From Smithellaceae bacterium (GTDB taxonomy: Bacteria; Desulfobacterota; Syntrophia; Syntrophales; Smithellaceae), in contig JAQUVQ010000001.1 of NCBI GenBank assembly GCA_028693285.1, positions 11,664-75,663 of the forward strand: a stretch of 64,000 bases of DNA, read 5' to 3'. A model generated the notes under the pieces. That model was not told the DNA's origin, did no database searches, and was given only the letters and a program-made list of their open reading frames with translations. Made by a program: the position numbers and the translations under genes. The number at the start of each line of letters is the position of its first letter. The first letter of the stretch is position 1. Below are positions 55,187 through 64,000 of the stretch, piece after piece.

Positions 55187-55555
55187 CTATTTTTTCTTGC
55201 CCGCGATCGCCCGTCTCGGGCCTTTTCTCGTCCGTCCGTTGGTGTGCGTTCTCTGCCCCCGGACCGGAAGCCCCTTGCGGTGGCGCAGGCCGCGGTAAGC
55301 GCCGATATCCATCAGTCGCTTGATCGACATGGAAACCTCACGCCGCAGATCCCCTTCGACCTTTCCCTCTTTATCGATAATGCCGCGAATGGCCGATATC
55401 TCGGAGTCGGCCAGCTGGTCGGTCTTGGTGTCCGGACTGACGCCAGATTCCTTCAGAATCTGCATCGCCCGGGTTTTGCCGATGCCGTAGATGTACGTTA
55501 AGGCAACTTCCATTCGCTTGTTTTTCGGTAAATCAACACCTGAAATTCGTGCCAC
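55187..55555 (-). CDS. rpsM: 30S ribosomal protein S13
   Basis: [26 protein letters not shown]. Confidence 0.95.
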   Translation of the reverse strand: MARISGVDLPKNKRMEVALTYIYGIGKTRAMQILKESGVSPDTKTDQLADSEISAIRGIIDKEGKVEGDLRREVSMSIKRLMDIGAYRGLRHRKGLPVRGQRTHTNGRTRKGPRRAIAGKKK

Positions 55556-55580
55556 CTATAACCTCCTGAAATAGTTGAAA

Positions 55581-55694
55581 CTAACCCTGACGCTGCTTAT
55601 GTTTGGGGTTTTCACAAATCACGCGCAAAACACCCTTGCGTTTGACGATTTTGCACTTCTCGCATATTTTTTTCACTGACGATCGTACTTTCAC
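55581..55694 (-). CDS. rpmJ: 50S ribosomal protein L36 (zinc-ribbon type)
   Basis: Absent from the ORF track because it is too short. Own translation from GTG 55694 gives [37 protein letters not shown]. Located between infA and rpsM as expected. Confidence 0.92.
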   Translation of the reverse strand: MKVRSSVKKICEKCKIVKRKGVLRVICENPKHKQRQG

Positions 55695-55728
55695 GACTTC
55701 CACTCCTTCCGGCCGGCAACCAAGGCTT

Positions 55729-55947
55729 TCACTTCGTCCTGTACGTGATCCGGCCCCGGGTCAAATCATAGGGGGAAAGCTCCACCGTAACCTTGTCCCC
55801 GGGCAATATTTTTATAAAATGCATCCGCATTTTGCCGGATATGTGCGCCAGAACCTTATGTCCGTTTTCCAGTTCCACTCGAAACATGGCGTTCGGCAGG
55901 GGCTCCAGGACCCGACCTTCAACTTCTATTGCTTCCTCTTTGGCCAT
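55729..55947 (-). CDS. infA: translation initiation factor IF-1
   Basis: [41 protein letters not shown]. Confidence 0.95.
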   Translation of the reverse strand: MAKEEAIEVEGRVLEPLPNAMFRVELENGHKVLAHISGKMRMHFIKILPGDKVTVELSPYDLTRGRITYRTK

Positions 55948-55983
55948 ACATTACTCAAGTACCGGTTCATGTTCATGAAAAAA

Positions 55984-56733
55984 TCAGTTCAAACTGCTCA
56001 ATATCTCCGGCCCGTTGTCCGTGATCGCAACCGAATGCTCGAAATGGGCCGACAAACTTCCGTCCGCCGTAATCACCGTCCAGCCGTCCGGTAAAATCTT
56101 GACCCCGTACCTGCCCGCGTTGACCATCGGCTCGATGGCGAGAATCATCCCCGTCCGCAGCTCGATTCCCCGGCCTTTTTTTCCGAAATTCGGAATCTGG
56201 GGGTCCTCGTGCATGTTCCTGCCGATGCCGTGTCCGACAAAATCCCGAACCACGGAAAATCCGGCCGATTCCGCCGTTTTCTGAACCGCCGCCGAAATAT
56301 CCCCCAGGCGGTTCCCGGAAGCGGCCTGGTCAATTGCCGCGCAGAGGCTTTCTTCGGTCACGCGCATCAGCCGAACCGCCTCTTCGCTCACCCGGCCGAC
56401 GGGAAGCGTGATCGCCGCATCCCCGTAAAAGCCGTGATAGAGAACGCCGAAGTCCAGTCCGATAATGTCGCCTTCTTTCAAGATCCGGCCGGACGGCATT
56501 CCGTGAACGACTTCCTCGTTGACCGACGCGCACAGGGAATGGGGATAGCCCCGATAACCTTTAAACGCCGGTCTGGCCCCACGCTTTTCCGTGACCCCTT
56601 CAGCGATTTGATCCAGCTCCCGCGTGGTCACGCCCGGTTTTACTTTTTCCCGAAGGACGCTCAGGACTTCCGCCACAATCCGGCTGCTCGCTCTGGCTTT
56701 GTCGATCTCATCCGGCTGTTTCAGAATCACCAT
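55984..56733 (-). CDS. map: type I methionine aminopeptidase
   Basis: Metal ligands in context (VHGMP, DFGVLYHGFYGDAA, GHGIG, LAIEPM, FEHSV). Start at ATG 56733, or TTG at 56742. Confidence 0.92.
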   Translation of the reverse strand: MVILKQPDEIDKARASSRIVAEVLSVLREKVKPGVTTRELDQIAEGVTEKRGARPAFKGYRGYPHSLCASVNEEVVHGMPSGRILKEGDIIGLDFGVLYHGFYGDAAITLPVGRVSEEAVRLMRVTEESLCAAIDQAASGNRLGDISAAVQKTAESAGFSVVRDFVGHGIGRNMHEDPQIPNFGKKGRGIELRTGMILAIEPMVNAGRYGVKILPDGWTVITADGSLSAHFEHSVAITDNGPEILSSLN

Positions 56734-56757
56734 GAGCCCCAACCATCCATCCGCAAT

Positions 56758-58065
56758 CTATCGTCTGCGCGCCATATGTCCTTTTTTCATGAACCCCTCA
56801 TACTGGCGGGTCAGCAGATGCGATTCGATCTGGCTGGCCGTGTCCATGGCCACGCCGACAACAATCAGCAGAGACGTGCCGCCGAAATAGAAAGGCGTGT
56901 TCAACTGAGAAATCAGCACACTGGGCAGCACGCAGATGATGGAAACATAAATCGCGCCGCTGAAGGTGAGTCTCTCCAGAATTTCCTCGATATATTCGGC
57001 GGTTTTCTTGCCCGGGCGGATTCCCGGAACATACCCTCCGAATTTCTTCATGTTTTCCGCCATGTCATCCGGTTTGATCGTCACGGCCGTATAGAAAAAG
57101 CAAAAGAAGAAAATCAATCCGACAAAAAGAATTTCATAGCCCAGCCGCCCGGGCATCAGGTAGCCCGAAATCGTCTTCATCAGGCCGGCCGGCGCAAAAT
57201 TGGCGATGGTCGCCGGAAACATAATCACCGACGACGCGAAAATCGGGGGAATGACGCCCGCGGAATTGATCTTGAGCGGCAGATGAGTCGTCTGTCCGCC
57301 GTACATTTTCCGTCCCACGATTCTTTTGGCGTACTGGACCGGAATTCGTCTCTGCGCGGCTTCCACGTAAACAATCGCGCCGATCACGGCAATCATGAAC
57401 AGCCCCAGCAGCACCAGGATGAGGAAATGCAGTTCGCCGGACGAATACAGGCGCCAGGTGTTGCCGATGGCCGCGGGCAGATTGCAGACAATGCCCGCGA
57501 AAATGATCAGCGAGATGCCGTTGCCGATCCCCTTCTCCGTGATGGTCTCGCCCAGCCACATCAGAAATGCCGTACCGGACGTGAGCGTGATGATCGTCAT
57601 CAGGATAAAGGCCCAGCCGGCGTGCAGGACGATGGGGGCGCCCGTCGGGCTGGCCATCTGCTGCAATCCCCAGGCGATGCCGAATCCCTGAATGATGCTC
57701 AGTCCCACCGTGCCGTAACGGGTGTACTGCGTAATTTTCCGTCGGCCGTTTTCCCCCTCTTTGGAAAGTTTTTCCAGATGCGGAATGGCCACCGTCAGCA
57801 GGTTGATGATGATGGACGAGGTGATGTAGGGCATGATGCCCAGCGCAAAAATGGAAAAAGTGCTTAACGCGCCGCCGGCAAACAAATCCATCAATCCCAG
57901 CATGGAACCGCGCGCCTGCTCAAAAAAAGCCAGAAGCGCCGTGTTGTCGATCCCGGGAGTCGGAATGAAAACACCAATGCGGTACACCGCCAGAAGAAGC
58001 AGCGTAATCAGGATTCTTCTCTGCAGCTCGGGTATTTTGGAAACGCCGCCCAGTCCCTCTAACAA
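56758..58065 (-). CDS. secY: preprotein translocase subunit SecY
   Basis: 435 aa, 10 TM segments, LFALGIMPYITSSII and GTSLLIVVGVAMDT motifs. Confidence 0.95.
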   Translation of the reverse strand: MLEGLGGVSKIPELQRRILITLLLLAVYRIGVFIPTPGIDNTALLAFFEQARGSMLGLMDLFAGGALSTFSIFALGIMPYITSSIIINLLTVAIPHLEKLSKEGENGRRKITQYTRYGTVGLSIIQGFGIAWGLQQMASPTGAPIVLHAGWAFILMTIITLTSGTAFLMWLGETITEKGIGNGISLIIFAGIVCNLPAAIGNTWRLYSSGELHFLILVLLGLFMIAVIGAIVYVEAAQRRIPVQYAKRIVGRKMYGGQTTHLPLKINSAGVIPPIFASSVIMFPATIANFAPAGLMKTISGYLMPGRLGYEILFVGLIFFFCFFYTAVTIKPDDMAENMKKFGGYVPGIRPGKKTAEYIEEILERLTFSGAIYVSIICVLPSVLISQLNTPFYFGGTSLLIVVGVAMDTASQIESHLLTRQYEGFMKKGHMARRR

Positions 58066-58066
58066 A

Positions 58067-58513
58067 TCAGATCACCTCTTCAATCGACCCGCCCGCCGCG
58101 GTGATTTTGGCTTTCGCGGCGGCGCTGATTTTTGCCATTTTCACGGTTACGGGAAAATCGATGGTTCCCTTGGCCAGAATCTTGATGCCCGCGCCCTTTT
58201 TCTTGACAAGGCCGCTTTTCAGAATGGCCTCTTCGTCAATTACGGCGCCCTTCTCGAATTTGCGGCACAAATCCATGACGTTCACGCCGACGTAGCTTGC
58301 GCGGAAGGGATTGCGGAACCCTCTCTTGGGAAGCCGCCGGGACATGGGCATCTGACCGCCTTCAAAACCGTCGCGGACGTAGCCGCCGGAGCGGGCTTTC
58401 TGCCCCTTGTGCCCTTTGCCGGAGGTTCCCCCATGGCCGGACGCGTCGCCGCGGCCGACTCTTTTTCTCTTTTTGGTCGCCCCCAGGGGCGCTTTCAGAG
58501 AACTCAAATCCAT
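58067..58513 (-). CDS. rplO: 50S ribosomal protein L15
   Basis: [28 protein letters not shown]. Confidence 0.95.
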   Translation of the reverse strand: MDLSSLKAPLGATKKRKRVGRGDASGHGGTSGKGHKGQKARSGGYVRDGFEGGQMPMSRRLPKRGFRNPFRASYVGVNVMDLCRKFEKGAVIDEEAILKSGLVKKKGAGIKILAKGTIDFPVTVKMAKISAAAKAKITAAGGSIEEVI

Positions 58514-58517
58514 AGCC

Positions 58518-58706
58518 CTACTCCTTTGACTCTTCCACGGAAACCAGATGGATAACTTTATGAATCATGCCGCGAACCTCCGGGGTATCGGCCAGAGTCA
58601 CGGTTTTGTTTACCTTGGTCAGGCCCAGGCCGAGCATGATTTTCCTCTGCTTTTCCGGCCGGGTGATGACGCTTTTCACCATTTTCACTTTCAACGTTTT
58701 AGCCAC
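58518..58706 (-). CDS. rpmD: 50S ribosomal protein L30
   Basis: [29 protein letters not shown]. Confidence 0.93.
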   Translation of the reverse strand: MAKTLKVKMVKSVITRPEKQRKIMLGLGLTKVNKTVTLADTPEVRGMIHKVIHLVSVEESKE

Positions 58707-58731
58707 TGTATCAACACCCTCGTCTTATTTT

Positions 58732-59229
58732 TTACTTGCCCCGCCGCGCGGAAATTTCCGCGGGGTCCCTCAACTGGCAAAGCCCGTCAACGGTCGCCTT
58801 GACCAGGTTGTGCGGATTATGCGAACCGAGGCATTTGGTCAGAATATTGTGCACGCCGGCCACCTCCAGAACGGCTCTCACCGCGCCGCCGGCAATCAAT
58901 CCGGTTCCTTCCGACGCCGGTTTCAGCAATACTTTGCCCGCGCCGAATTTTCCCAGAACCTCATAGGGAATCGTTTTGTTGGCCACTGCGACTTTCGTCA
59001 TATTTTTCTTGGCCATTTCCATTCCCTTGCGGATCGCCTCGGGCACTTCGTGGGCTTTTCCCAGTCCCGCGCCGACCATGCCCTGGCCGTCGCCGACCAC
59101 CACGATCGCGCTGAAACGAAACCGTCTTCCTCCCTTGACGACCTTTGCCGTGCGGTTAATGGCAATGACCCGGTCGAGGAGCTCTACTTCCTTCATGTCT
59201 CTGCTGTCAATTGATTCTTCTCTGATCAT
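58732..59229 (-). CDS. rpsE: 30S ribosomal protein S5
   Basis: [34 protein letters not shown]. Confidence 0.95.
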   Translation of the reverse strand: MIREESIDSRDMKEVELLDRVIAINRTAKVVKGGRRFRFSAIVVVGDGQGMVGAGLGKAHEVPEAIRKGMEMAKKNMTKVAVANKTIPYEVLGKFGAGKVLLKPASEGTGLIAGGAVRAVLEVAGVHNILTKCLGSHNPHNLVKATVDGLCQLRDPAEISARRGK

Positions 59230-59250
59230 GGGTTCCGTTCACATACGTAA

Positions 59251-59616
59251 TTAAAATTTAAGACCGCTTTCCCGTGCCCCGTCGGCCAGGGCTTTTACGC
59301 GGCCGTGATAGAGAAAACGCCCTCGGTCAAAAACGACTTTCTCCACTCCCAGCGTCTGCAGGCGCGCCGCAATCAGCTTGCCCACTTCCCGGGCCACCTC
59401 CACCTTCTTGATTCCACGAATTTTGCCGGCCAGTTCCCTGCTCAGCGTGGAAGCCGTCGCGATCGTCTTGCCCTGCGCGTCATTGACCACCTGAGCGTAA
59501 ATGTGCTTGTCCGACCGGAAGACAGAAAGGCGGGGCCGCTCGGCGGTTCCCGTCAGTTTGCCCCTGACTCTCTTTTCCCTTTTCTCTCTTACCTTCAGCG
59601 TCTTTTTGGAAGCCAA
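59251..59616 (-). CDS. rplR: 50S ribosomal protein L18
   Basis: [20 protein letters not shown]...[26 protein letters not shown]. Confidence 0.95.
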   Translation of the reverse strand: MASKKTLKVREKREKRVRGKLTGTAERPRLSVFRSDKHIYAQVVNDAQGKTIATASTLSRELAGKIRGIKKVEVAREVGKLIAARLQTLGVEKVVFDRGRFLYHGRVKALADGARESGLKF

Positions 59617-59652
59617 TGTTCCACCTCTTTTTTGCTGTGTTTCCCTAAACGA

Positions 59653-60195
59653 TTATTTCGCGCCCGCAGCCTTGCCGGCTTTCCGGCGAATATGCTCGCC
59701 CGCGTACTTGATGCCCTTTCCCTTGTAGGGTTCCGGCTTCTTCAGCGCCCGGATCTCCGAGGCGACACGGCCCACCAGCTCCTTGTTGATGCCGGAAACG
59801 ACGAGGTTGACCTGCTTTTCGATCTTGATGTCAATCCCTTTGGGAATGCTGTATTCGACCGGGCTGGAAAATCCCAGGACCAGCTTCAGGGTCGATCCGG
59901 CGAGTTCCGCGCGGTACCCGACGCCGGAAATTTCAAGTCCCTTCTCAAAACCGGCGCTGACGCCGGTCACCATGTTCTGCACCAGCGTCCGGGCCAGGCC
60001 GTGATAGGACCGGGCCAGGCGATCATCGGACGCTCTCTCGATCGTCAGCTGATTTTCCCTGACCGTCATCGCGACGCCGTCCGGCATTTTTGAAGACAGG
60101 GTCCCCTTGGGCCCCTCCACTTTTACGACACTGCCGCTCTGGCTGACCTTCACATTCTTTGGAAACGTGATTGGTTGTTTACCTATTCTCGACAT
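59653..60195 (-). CDS. rplF: 50S ribosomal protein L6
   Basis: MSRIGKQPITFPKNVKV... Start at Met24 of the track ORF (ATG 60195). The longer form would overlap rpsH. Confidence 0.93.
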   Translation of the reverse strand: MSRIGKQPITFPKNVKVSQSGSVVKVEGPKGTLSSKMPDGVAMTVRENQLTIERASDDRLARSYHGLARTLVQNMVTGVSAGFEKGLEISGVGYRAELAGSTLKLVLGFSSPVEYSIPKGIDIKIEKQVNLVVSGINKELVGRVASEIRALKKPEPYKGKGIKYAGEHIRRKAGKAAGAK

Positions 60196-60229
60196 GAATA
60201 AGAGCTCCCGTCTACCCTCTGTAATTGAA

Positions 60230-60631
60230 CTACCAAACCTTGCAAAGCACTTCCCCGCCGACATTCGATTCCCTTGCTTCCTGATCGGTCATGATGCCGC
60301 GGGACGTGGAAATAATCGAAATGCCGAATCCGTTGAGCACTTTGGGAACCTGGTCGGCCGCAACGTACACCCTGCGCCCGGGTTTGCTGACTCTCTGAAT
60401 ATCGGTAATCACCGTGTGCTTGGCATCCGGATATTTGAGGGCGATCTTGAGCATCGGATGACCCTTGTCATTCTTCACGGCCTCGTAATTATGGATATAT
60501 CCGTTCGTTTTCAGCACCCTGGCAATGTTCATATTCAACTGCGACATGTGAACACTGACCGTCTTGAAGCGGGCTTTGTTCCCGTTGCGTATCCGGGTCA
60601 GCATATCGGCAATAGGATCCGTCATCCCCAT
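60230..60631 (-). CDS. rpsH: 30S ribosomal protein S8
   Basis: MGMTDPIADMLTRIRNG... ATG 60631 lies 7 nt after an AAGGAG SD. Confidence 0.95.
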   Translation of the reverse strand: MGMTDPIADMLTRIRNGNKARFKTVSVHMSQLNMNIARVLKTNGYIHNYEAVKNDKGHPMLKIALKYPDAKHTVITDIQRVSKPGRRVYVAADQVPKVLNGFGISIISTSRGIMTDQEARESNVGGEVLCKVW

Positions 60632-60653
60632 GCTTGTTCTCCTTACACGATGT

Positions 60654-60839
60654 TTACCAGCTTGATTTGATCACGCCGGGAAGTTCGCCCTGCAGGGACA
60701 GCTTCCTCAGGCAGATTCTGCACATCTCGAATTTTCTATAGTACGCCCGGGGCCTTCCGCAAATCTGACAGCGGTTGTATTCCCGGACCGCAAATTTCGG
60801 TTTTCTTTTTGCCTTTGCGATCAACGACTTTTTTGCCAC
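60654..60839 (-). CDS. rpsN: 30S ribosomal protein S14, short zinc-binding type (type Z)
   Basis: 61 aa with [20 protein letters not shown] (CxxC...CxxC). Confidence 0.93.
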   Translation of the reverse strand: MAKKSLIAKAKRKPKFAVREYNRCQICGRPRAYYRKFEMCRICLRKLSLQGELPGVIKSSW

Positions 60840-60866
60840 GCTACAATTCCTCCGGAGCTTCCTGGT

Positions 60867-61406
60867 TTAGTTCTTAAAGGGCACGCCCATCAGCCGCAGC
60901 AGCGCGCGGGCCTCTTCGTCCGTCCGGGCTGTGGTCACAATGGTAATGTTCATCCCCTTGATCTTTTCGATTTTGTCATACTCGATTTCCGGGAAAATAA
61001 TCTGCTCGTGAAGCCCGATGGAATAGTTGCCCCGCCCGTCAAAAGCGCTGGCTGATATTCCTCGAAAATCGCGGACTTTCGGCAGGGCCACGTTCACCAG
61101 GCGGTCAAAGAACTCGTACATCACGTCTTTGCGGAGCGTCACTGAACAGCCGATCGGCATGCCCTGGCGGAGCTTGAAGGTCGCGATGGATTTTTTCGCT
61201 TTGGTGACCACCGGCTTCTGCCCCGTGATCATCGCCATTTCCTGCACGGCGCCGTCAATGATCTTCACGTTGGAGATGGCCTCGCCCAGACCCATGTTGA
61301 CGACAATCTTCTCCATCTTCGGAACCTGCATGGGATTCTTGTAGTCGAATTCCTTGACCAGGGCCGGCACTACGGTTTTCAAATAGTATTCCTTTAATCT
61401 TGCCAT
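60867..61406 (-). CDS. rplE: 50S ribosomal protein L5
   Basis: [39 protein letters not shown]. Confidence 0.95.
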   Translation of the reverse strand: MARLKEYYLKTVVPALVKEFDYKNPMQVPKMEKIVVNMGLGEAISNVKIIDGAVQEMAMITGQKPVVTKAKKSIATFKLRQGMPIGCSVTLRKDVMYEFFDRLVNVALPKVRDFRGISASAFDGRGNYSIGLHEQIIFPEIEYDKIEKIKGMNITIVTTARTDEEARALLRLMGVPFKN

Positions 61407-61412
61407 TTTTTC

Positions 61413-61736
61413 CTAACCCACATCGATGACGTCATTGCACTTGCTGCAGATTCGAATTTTCTTGCCGTCCTCGAGGATACGGTTCCGAATCCGGGTCGCC
61501 TCTTTGCATTTTCCGCAGATGATGCTGACCTTGGAGACATCCATCGCCGCCTCTTTTTCCAGAACGCCGCCCTTGCTTTTCTGATCAGGCCTCTTGTGCC
61601 GCTTGATCACATTGATCTTTTCGACGACCACTTTGTTTTTCTCGGGAATGGCTTTCAGAATCTTGCCGGTTTTCCCCTTGTCCTTGCCGGCCAGAACTTT
61701 CACCAGGTCCCCTTTTTTCAATCTGCCTAAACTCAT
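61413..61736 (-). CDS. rplX: 50S ribosomal protein L24 (Cys4 C-terminal variant)
   Basis: [27 protein letters not shown]... ATG 61736 is preceded by an AGAGGGG SD (the track start at 61751 is a TTG). The C-terminus carries CGKC...CSKC. Confidence 0.93.
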   Translation of the reverse strand: MSLGRLKKGDLVKVLAGKDKGKTGKILKAIPEKNKVVVEKINVIKRHKRPDQKSKGGVLEKEAAMDVSKVSIICGKCKEATRIRNRILEDGKKIRICSKCNDVIDVG

Positions 61737-61758
61737 TTTTCCCCTCTTCAAAACCGGC

Positions 61759-62127
61759 TTACAAAACTTCTGGCGCCAGAGAAATGATTTTCATGAACTG
61801 CTTGGCCCGCAATTCGCGGGCGACCGGCCCGAAAATTCTTGTGCCGATCGGCTCCATCTGATTGCTGATGAGAACGGCCGAGTTGTCGTCAAACTTGAGA
61901 TACGTTCCGTCCGGCCGCCTCACTTCCTTCACGGTGCGGACGATGACCGCCTTGATGACATCGCCTTTTTTCACCTTGGAATTCGGAATCGCCTCTTTCA
62001 CCGCCACGACAATCACATCGCCCAGAGAAGCGAAGCGCCGCTTTGATCCGCCCAGCACTTTAATGCACGCGACCCGCTTGGCGCCGGAATTGTCGGCAAC
62101 ATTTAAAATGGTCTGCATCTGAATCAT
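61759..62127 (-). CDS. rplN: 50S ribosomal protein L14
   Basis: [28 protein letters not shown]. Confidence 0.95.
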   Translation of the reverse strand: MIQMQTILNVADNSGAKRVACIKVLGGSKRRFASLGDVIVVAVKEAIPNSKVKKGDVIKAVIVRTVKEVRRPDGTYLKFDDNSAVLISNQMEPIGTRIFGPVARELRAKQFMKIISLAPEVL

Positions 62128-62170
62128 AAATCTACCCCACTGTCACAACCGGCCCGGACGAGCCCGTTTT

Positions 62171-62428
62171 CTATTTCGCTTTCTCCAGAACTTCCAGCAT
62201 TCTCCAGCGCTTGTCCCGGCTCATCGGCCGCGACTCAATGATGACGACGGTATCCCCGATCCGGCACTGGTTTTGCTCATCATGAGCCTTGTATTTCACG
62301 TGCCGGCGGACGTATTTGTGAAACACCGGATGCTTCACCAGCCGTTCGGCTTTCACCACGATGGTTTTGTCCATTTTGTCGCTGACGACCACGCCTTTGA
62401 TGGTGCGTTTGTTGCTCTTTTCAGCCAT
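62171..62428 (-). CDS. rpsQ: 30S ribosomal protein S17
   Basis: [34 protein letters not shown]. Confidence 0.95.
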   Translation of the reverse strand: MAEKSNKRTIKGVVVSDKMDKTIVVKAERLVKHPVFHKYVRRHVKYKAHDEQNQCRIGDTVVIIESRPMSRDKRWRMLEVLEKAK

Positions 62429-62429
62429 G

Positions 62430-62624
62430 TTAACCTGCGGCCTCCTTTTCCTTCATCACCGTATGGATGCGGGCAATGTCCCTGCGCAGCCGCCCCAGGG
62501 TCGCCGTGGATTCCAGCTGTCCCCCGGCGTGCCGAATCTTCAAGCGGAACAGCTCTTCCGCCATTTCATTCTTTTTGGTCTGAAGCTCGTTGATTCCGAG
62601 ACCTCTGATTTCGCTAATTTTCAT
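62430..62624 (-). CDS. rpmC: 50S ribosomal protein L29
   Basis: [33 protein letters not shown]. Confidence 0.93.
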   Translation of the reverse strand: MKISEIRGLGINELQTKKNEMAEELFRLKIRHAGGQLESTATLGRLRRDIARIHTVMKEKEAAG

Positions 62625-63036
62625 CCGACAGCTCCCTTGAACAAAACTTGGTCGAAATCGCCAGTTTGTGCGCCGCCAGACGAAAGGCTTCCCTGGCCAC
62701 GTCTTTGGTGACGCCTTCCATCTCGTAGAGCACCGCTCCGGGCTTCACGACCGCCACCCAGCCTTCCGGCGCGCCCTTGCCTTTTCCCATGCGGGTCTCC
62801 GCGGGTTTTTTCGTGATGGACTTGTGCGGAAACACGCGAATCCAGATTTTGCCGCCGCGCTTTACGTACCGGGTCATCGCGACACGCGCCGCCTCGATCT
62901 GCCGGGCGGTCACCCATCCGCATTCCGCCGCCTGCAACCCATAGTCGCCAAAGGCAATGGTGCCGCCGCGAACCGCTTTTCCGCCCATGCGGCCCTTCTG
63001 CAATTTTCTGTATTTTACCCGTTTTGGCATTAACAT
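62614..63036 (-). CDS. rplP: 50S ribosomal protein L16
   Basis: [19 protein letters not shown]... Confidence 0.95.
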   Translation of the reverse strand: MLMPKRVKYRKLQKGRMGGKAVRGGTIAFGDYGLQAAECGWVTARQIEAARVAMTRYVKRGGKIWIRVFPHKSITKKPAETRMGKGKGAPEGWVAVVKPGAVLYEMEGVTKDVAREAFRLAAHKLAISTKFCSRELSDEN

Positions 63037-63083
63037 AAGCTACAACTCCCGTTTATCTTCAACAAGCCCTGCCTGCGACGCAA

Positions 63084-63731
63084 TCAGGACGCTTTCTCGT
63101 TCTTCTGGGGCAACACTTCTCCGTGAAAAATCAGAACCTTGACGCCGACCAGCCCGTAGGCCGTGTGGGCTTCGATAAAGCCGTAGTCGATGTCGGCCCG
63201 CAGCGTATGCAGGGGAACCCGGCCTTCGCGGTACCACTCCGAGCGGGCGATTTCGGCGCCCCCCAGCCGTCCGGCGCAGCTGATTTTGATGCCTTTGGCG
63301 CCGAACTTCAGCGCGTAGCCGACGCACTTTTTCATGGCGCGGCGGAAGGCAACTCTTCGCTCGAGCTGCATGGCGACGTTTTCGGCAACCAGCTGCGCGT
63401 CCGTTTCCGGCTTGCGGACTTCCAGGATATTGATGATGATCTCGGCGTGTGAAAACTTTTCAATTTCCGCCTTGAGCTTTTCAATTTCCGAGCCCTTCTT
63501 GCCGATGATGACTCCGGGGCGGGCGGCGTAAATATTCACCTTGGCCTTGTTGGCCGCGCGCTCGATCTCGATATGGGAGATGCCGGCGTGATAGAGCTTT
63601 TTCTTGAGGTACTTCCGGATCTTCAAGTCCTCAAGCAGCATGCCGCTGTAATTCTTTTCGGCAAACCATACGGACTGCCACTTTTTGATGTACCCTAAAC
63701 GCAAGCCTACCGGGTTAACCTTCTGACCCAA
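63084..63731 (-). CDS. rpsC: 30S ribosomal protein S3
   Basis: [24 protein letters not shown]... KH domain plus the S3 C-terminal domain. Confidence 0.95.
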   Translation of the reverse strand: MGQKVNPVGLRLGYIKKWQSVWFAEKNYSGMLLEDLKIRKYLKKKLYHAGISHIEIERAANKAKVNIYAARPGVIIGKKGSEIEKLKAEIEKFSHAEIIINILEVRKPETDAQLVAENVAMQLERRVAFRRAMKKCVGYALKFGAKGIKISCAGRLGGAEIARSEWYREGRVPLHTLRADIDYGFIEAHTAYGLVGVKVLIFHGEVLPQKNEKAS

Positions 63732-63743
63732 TATCGTTCCTCC

Positions 63744-64000
63744 TTACCTTTCATCCACGACCACGGTGATGTGAGACGTTCTTTTTTTGATTCCCGCCGC
63801 TCTTCCCTGCGCCCGGGCCCGCCATCTTTTCAGCGACGGCCCCTGGTCCACAAAGATCTCCTTCACGTAAAGCGTGTTTTCGTCGATATTCGGATTCTGG
63901 GCCGCGTTGGCGACAGCTGACTGAAGCACTTTGGCAACGATCCCCGCCGAATACTTTCGCGTGTACCGCAGGATATTTCGGGCCTCCTGCACTTTTTTGC
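63744..64000 (-). CDS. rplV: 50S ribosomal protein L22, C-terminal part (gene runs off window end)
   Basis: ...[27 protein letters not shown]...[23 protein letters not shown]. The frame stays open to nt 64000. Confidence 0.9.
   Translation of the reverse strand, partial: KKVQEARNILRYTRKYSAGIVAKVLQSAVANAAQNPNIDENTLYVKEIFVDQGPSLKRWRARAQGRAAGIKKRTSHITVVVDER

Overview
This is 64 kb of a high-GC chromosome. Sampled 60-nt lines are about 60% GC, against 37-38% in one small islet. The organism is a diderm bacterium, since LptD, Tol-Pal, AsmA and a LolB-like lipoprotein are all present. SelB, DUF169 and the gene order suggest an anaerobic Desulfobacterota-like lineage, but that is inference only.

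The window is dominated by core genes.
- The 5' part of the dcw cluster on the minus strand: mraZ-rsmH-ftsL-ftsI-murE/murF-mraY. murE and murF form one fused 988-codon ORF.
- mltG and ruvX.
- selB, followed by a YhaM-like OB/HD nuclease.
- A CDF metal exporter.
- An epmB-efp-epmA EF-P lysylation module.
- A complete tolQ-tolR-tolA-tolB-pal-cpoB cluster.
- An envelope set: DUF4292 LolB-like lipoprotein, TPR lipoprotein, YibQ and Ctp protease.
- cysS, argC, rplM-rpsI, lptD and folC.
- An accessory stretch at 33-45 kb: MBL hydrolase; GntR plus an acyl-CoA dehydrogenase-like gene, divergent from an enolase-superfamily enzyme plus a BASS transporter with an extra N-terminal domain; DUF169; AsmA; and a 2.1 kb low-GC islet carrying a lipoprotein and an acyltransferase-3 protein.
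- A complete phoB-pstSCAB-phoU-phoR cluster.
- The alpha, spc and distal S10 ribosomal-protein operons, from rplQ back to rplV. rpmJ was found by hand.

I found no rRNA, tRNA, CRISPR array, intact mobile element, or recognisable defence or toxin system. I do not see a convincing novel multi-gene system. The most unusual items are:
- the MurE-MurF fusion;
- the GntR-controlled enolase/ACAD/BASS module with its operator palindrome;
- the low-GC islet;
- a structured pstB-phoU spacer;
- a CACTTTY heptamer array upstream of lptD;
- a small EF-Tu-domain-2-like orphan protein.

All function calls come from reading motifs in the translations and from gene context. No database search was run.
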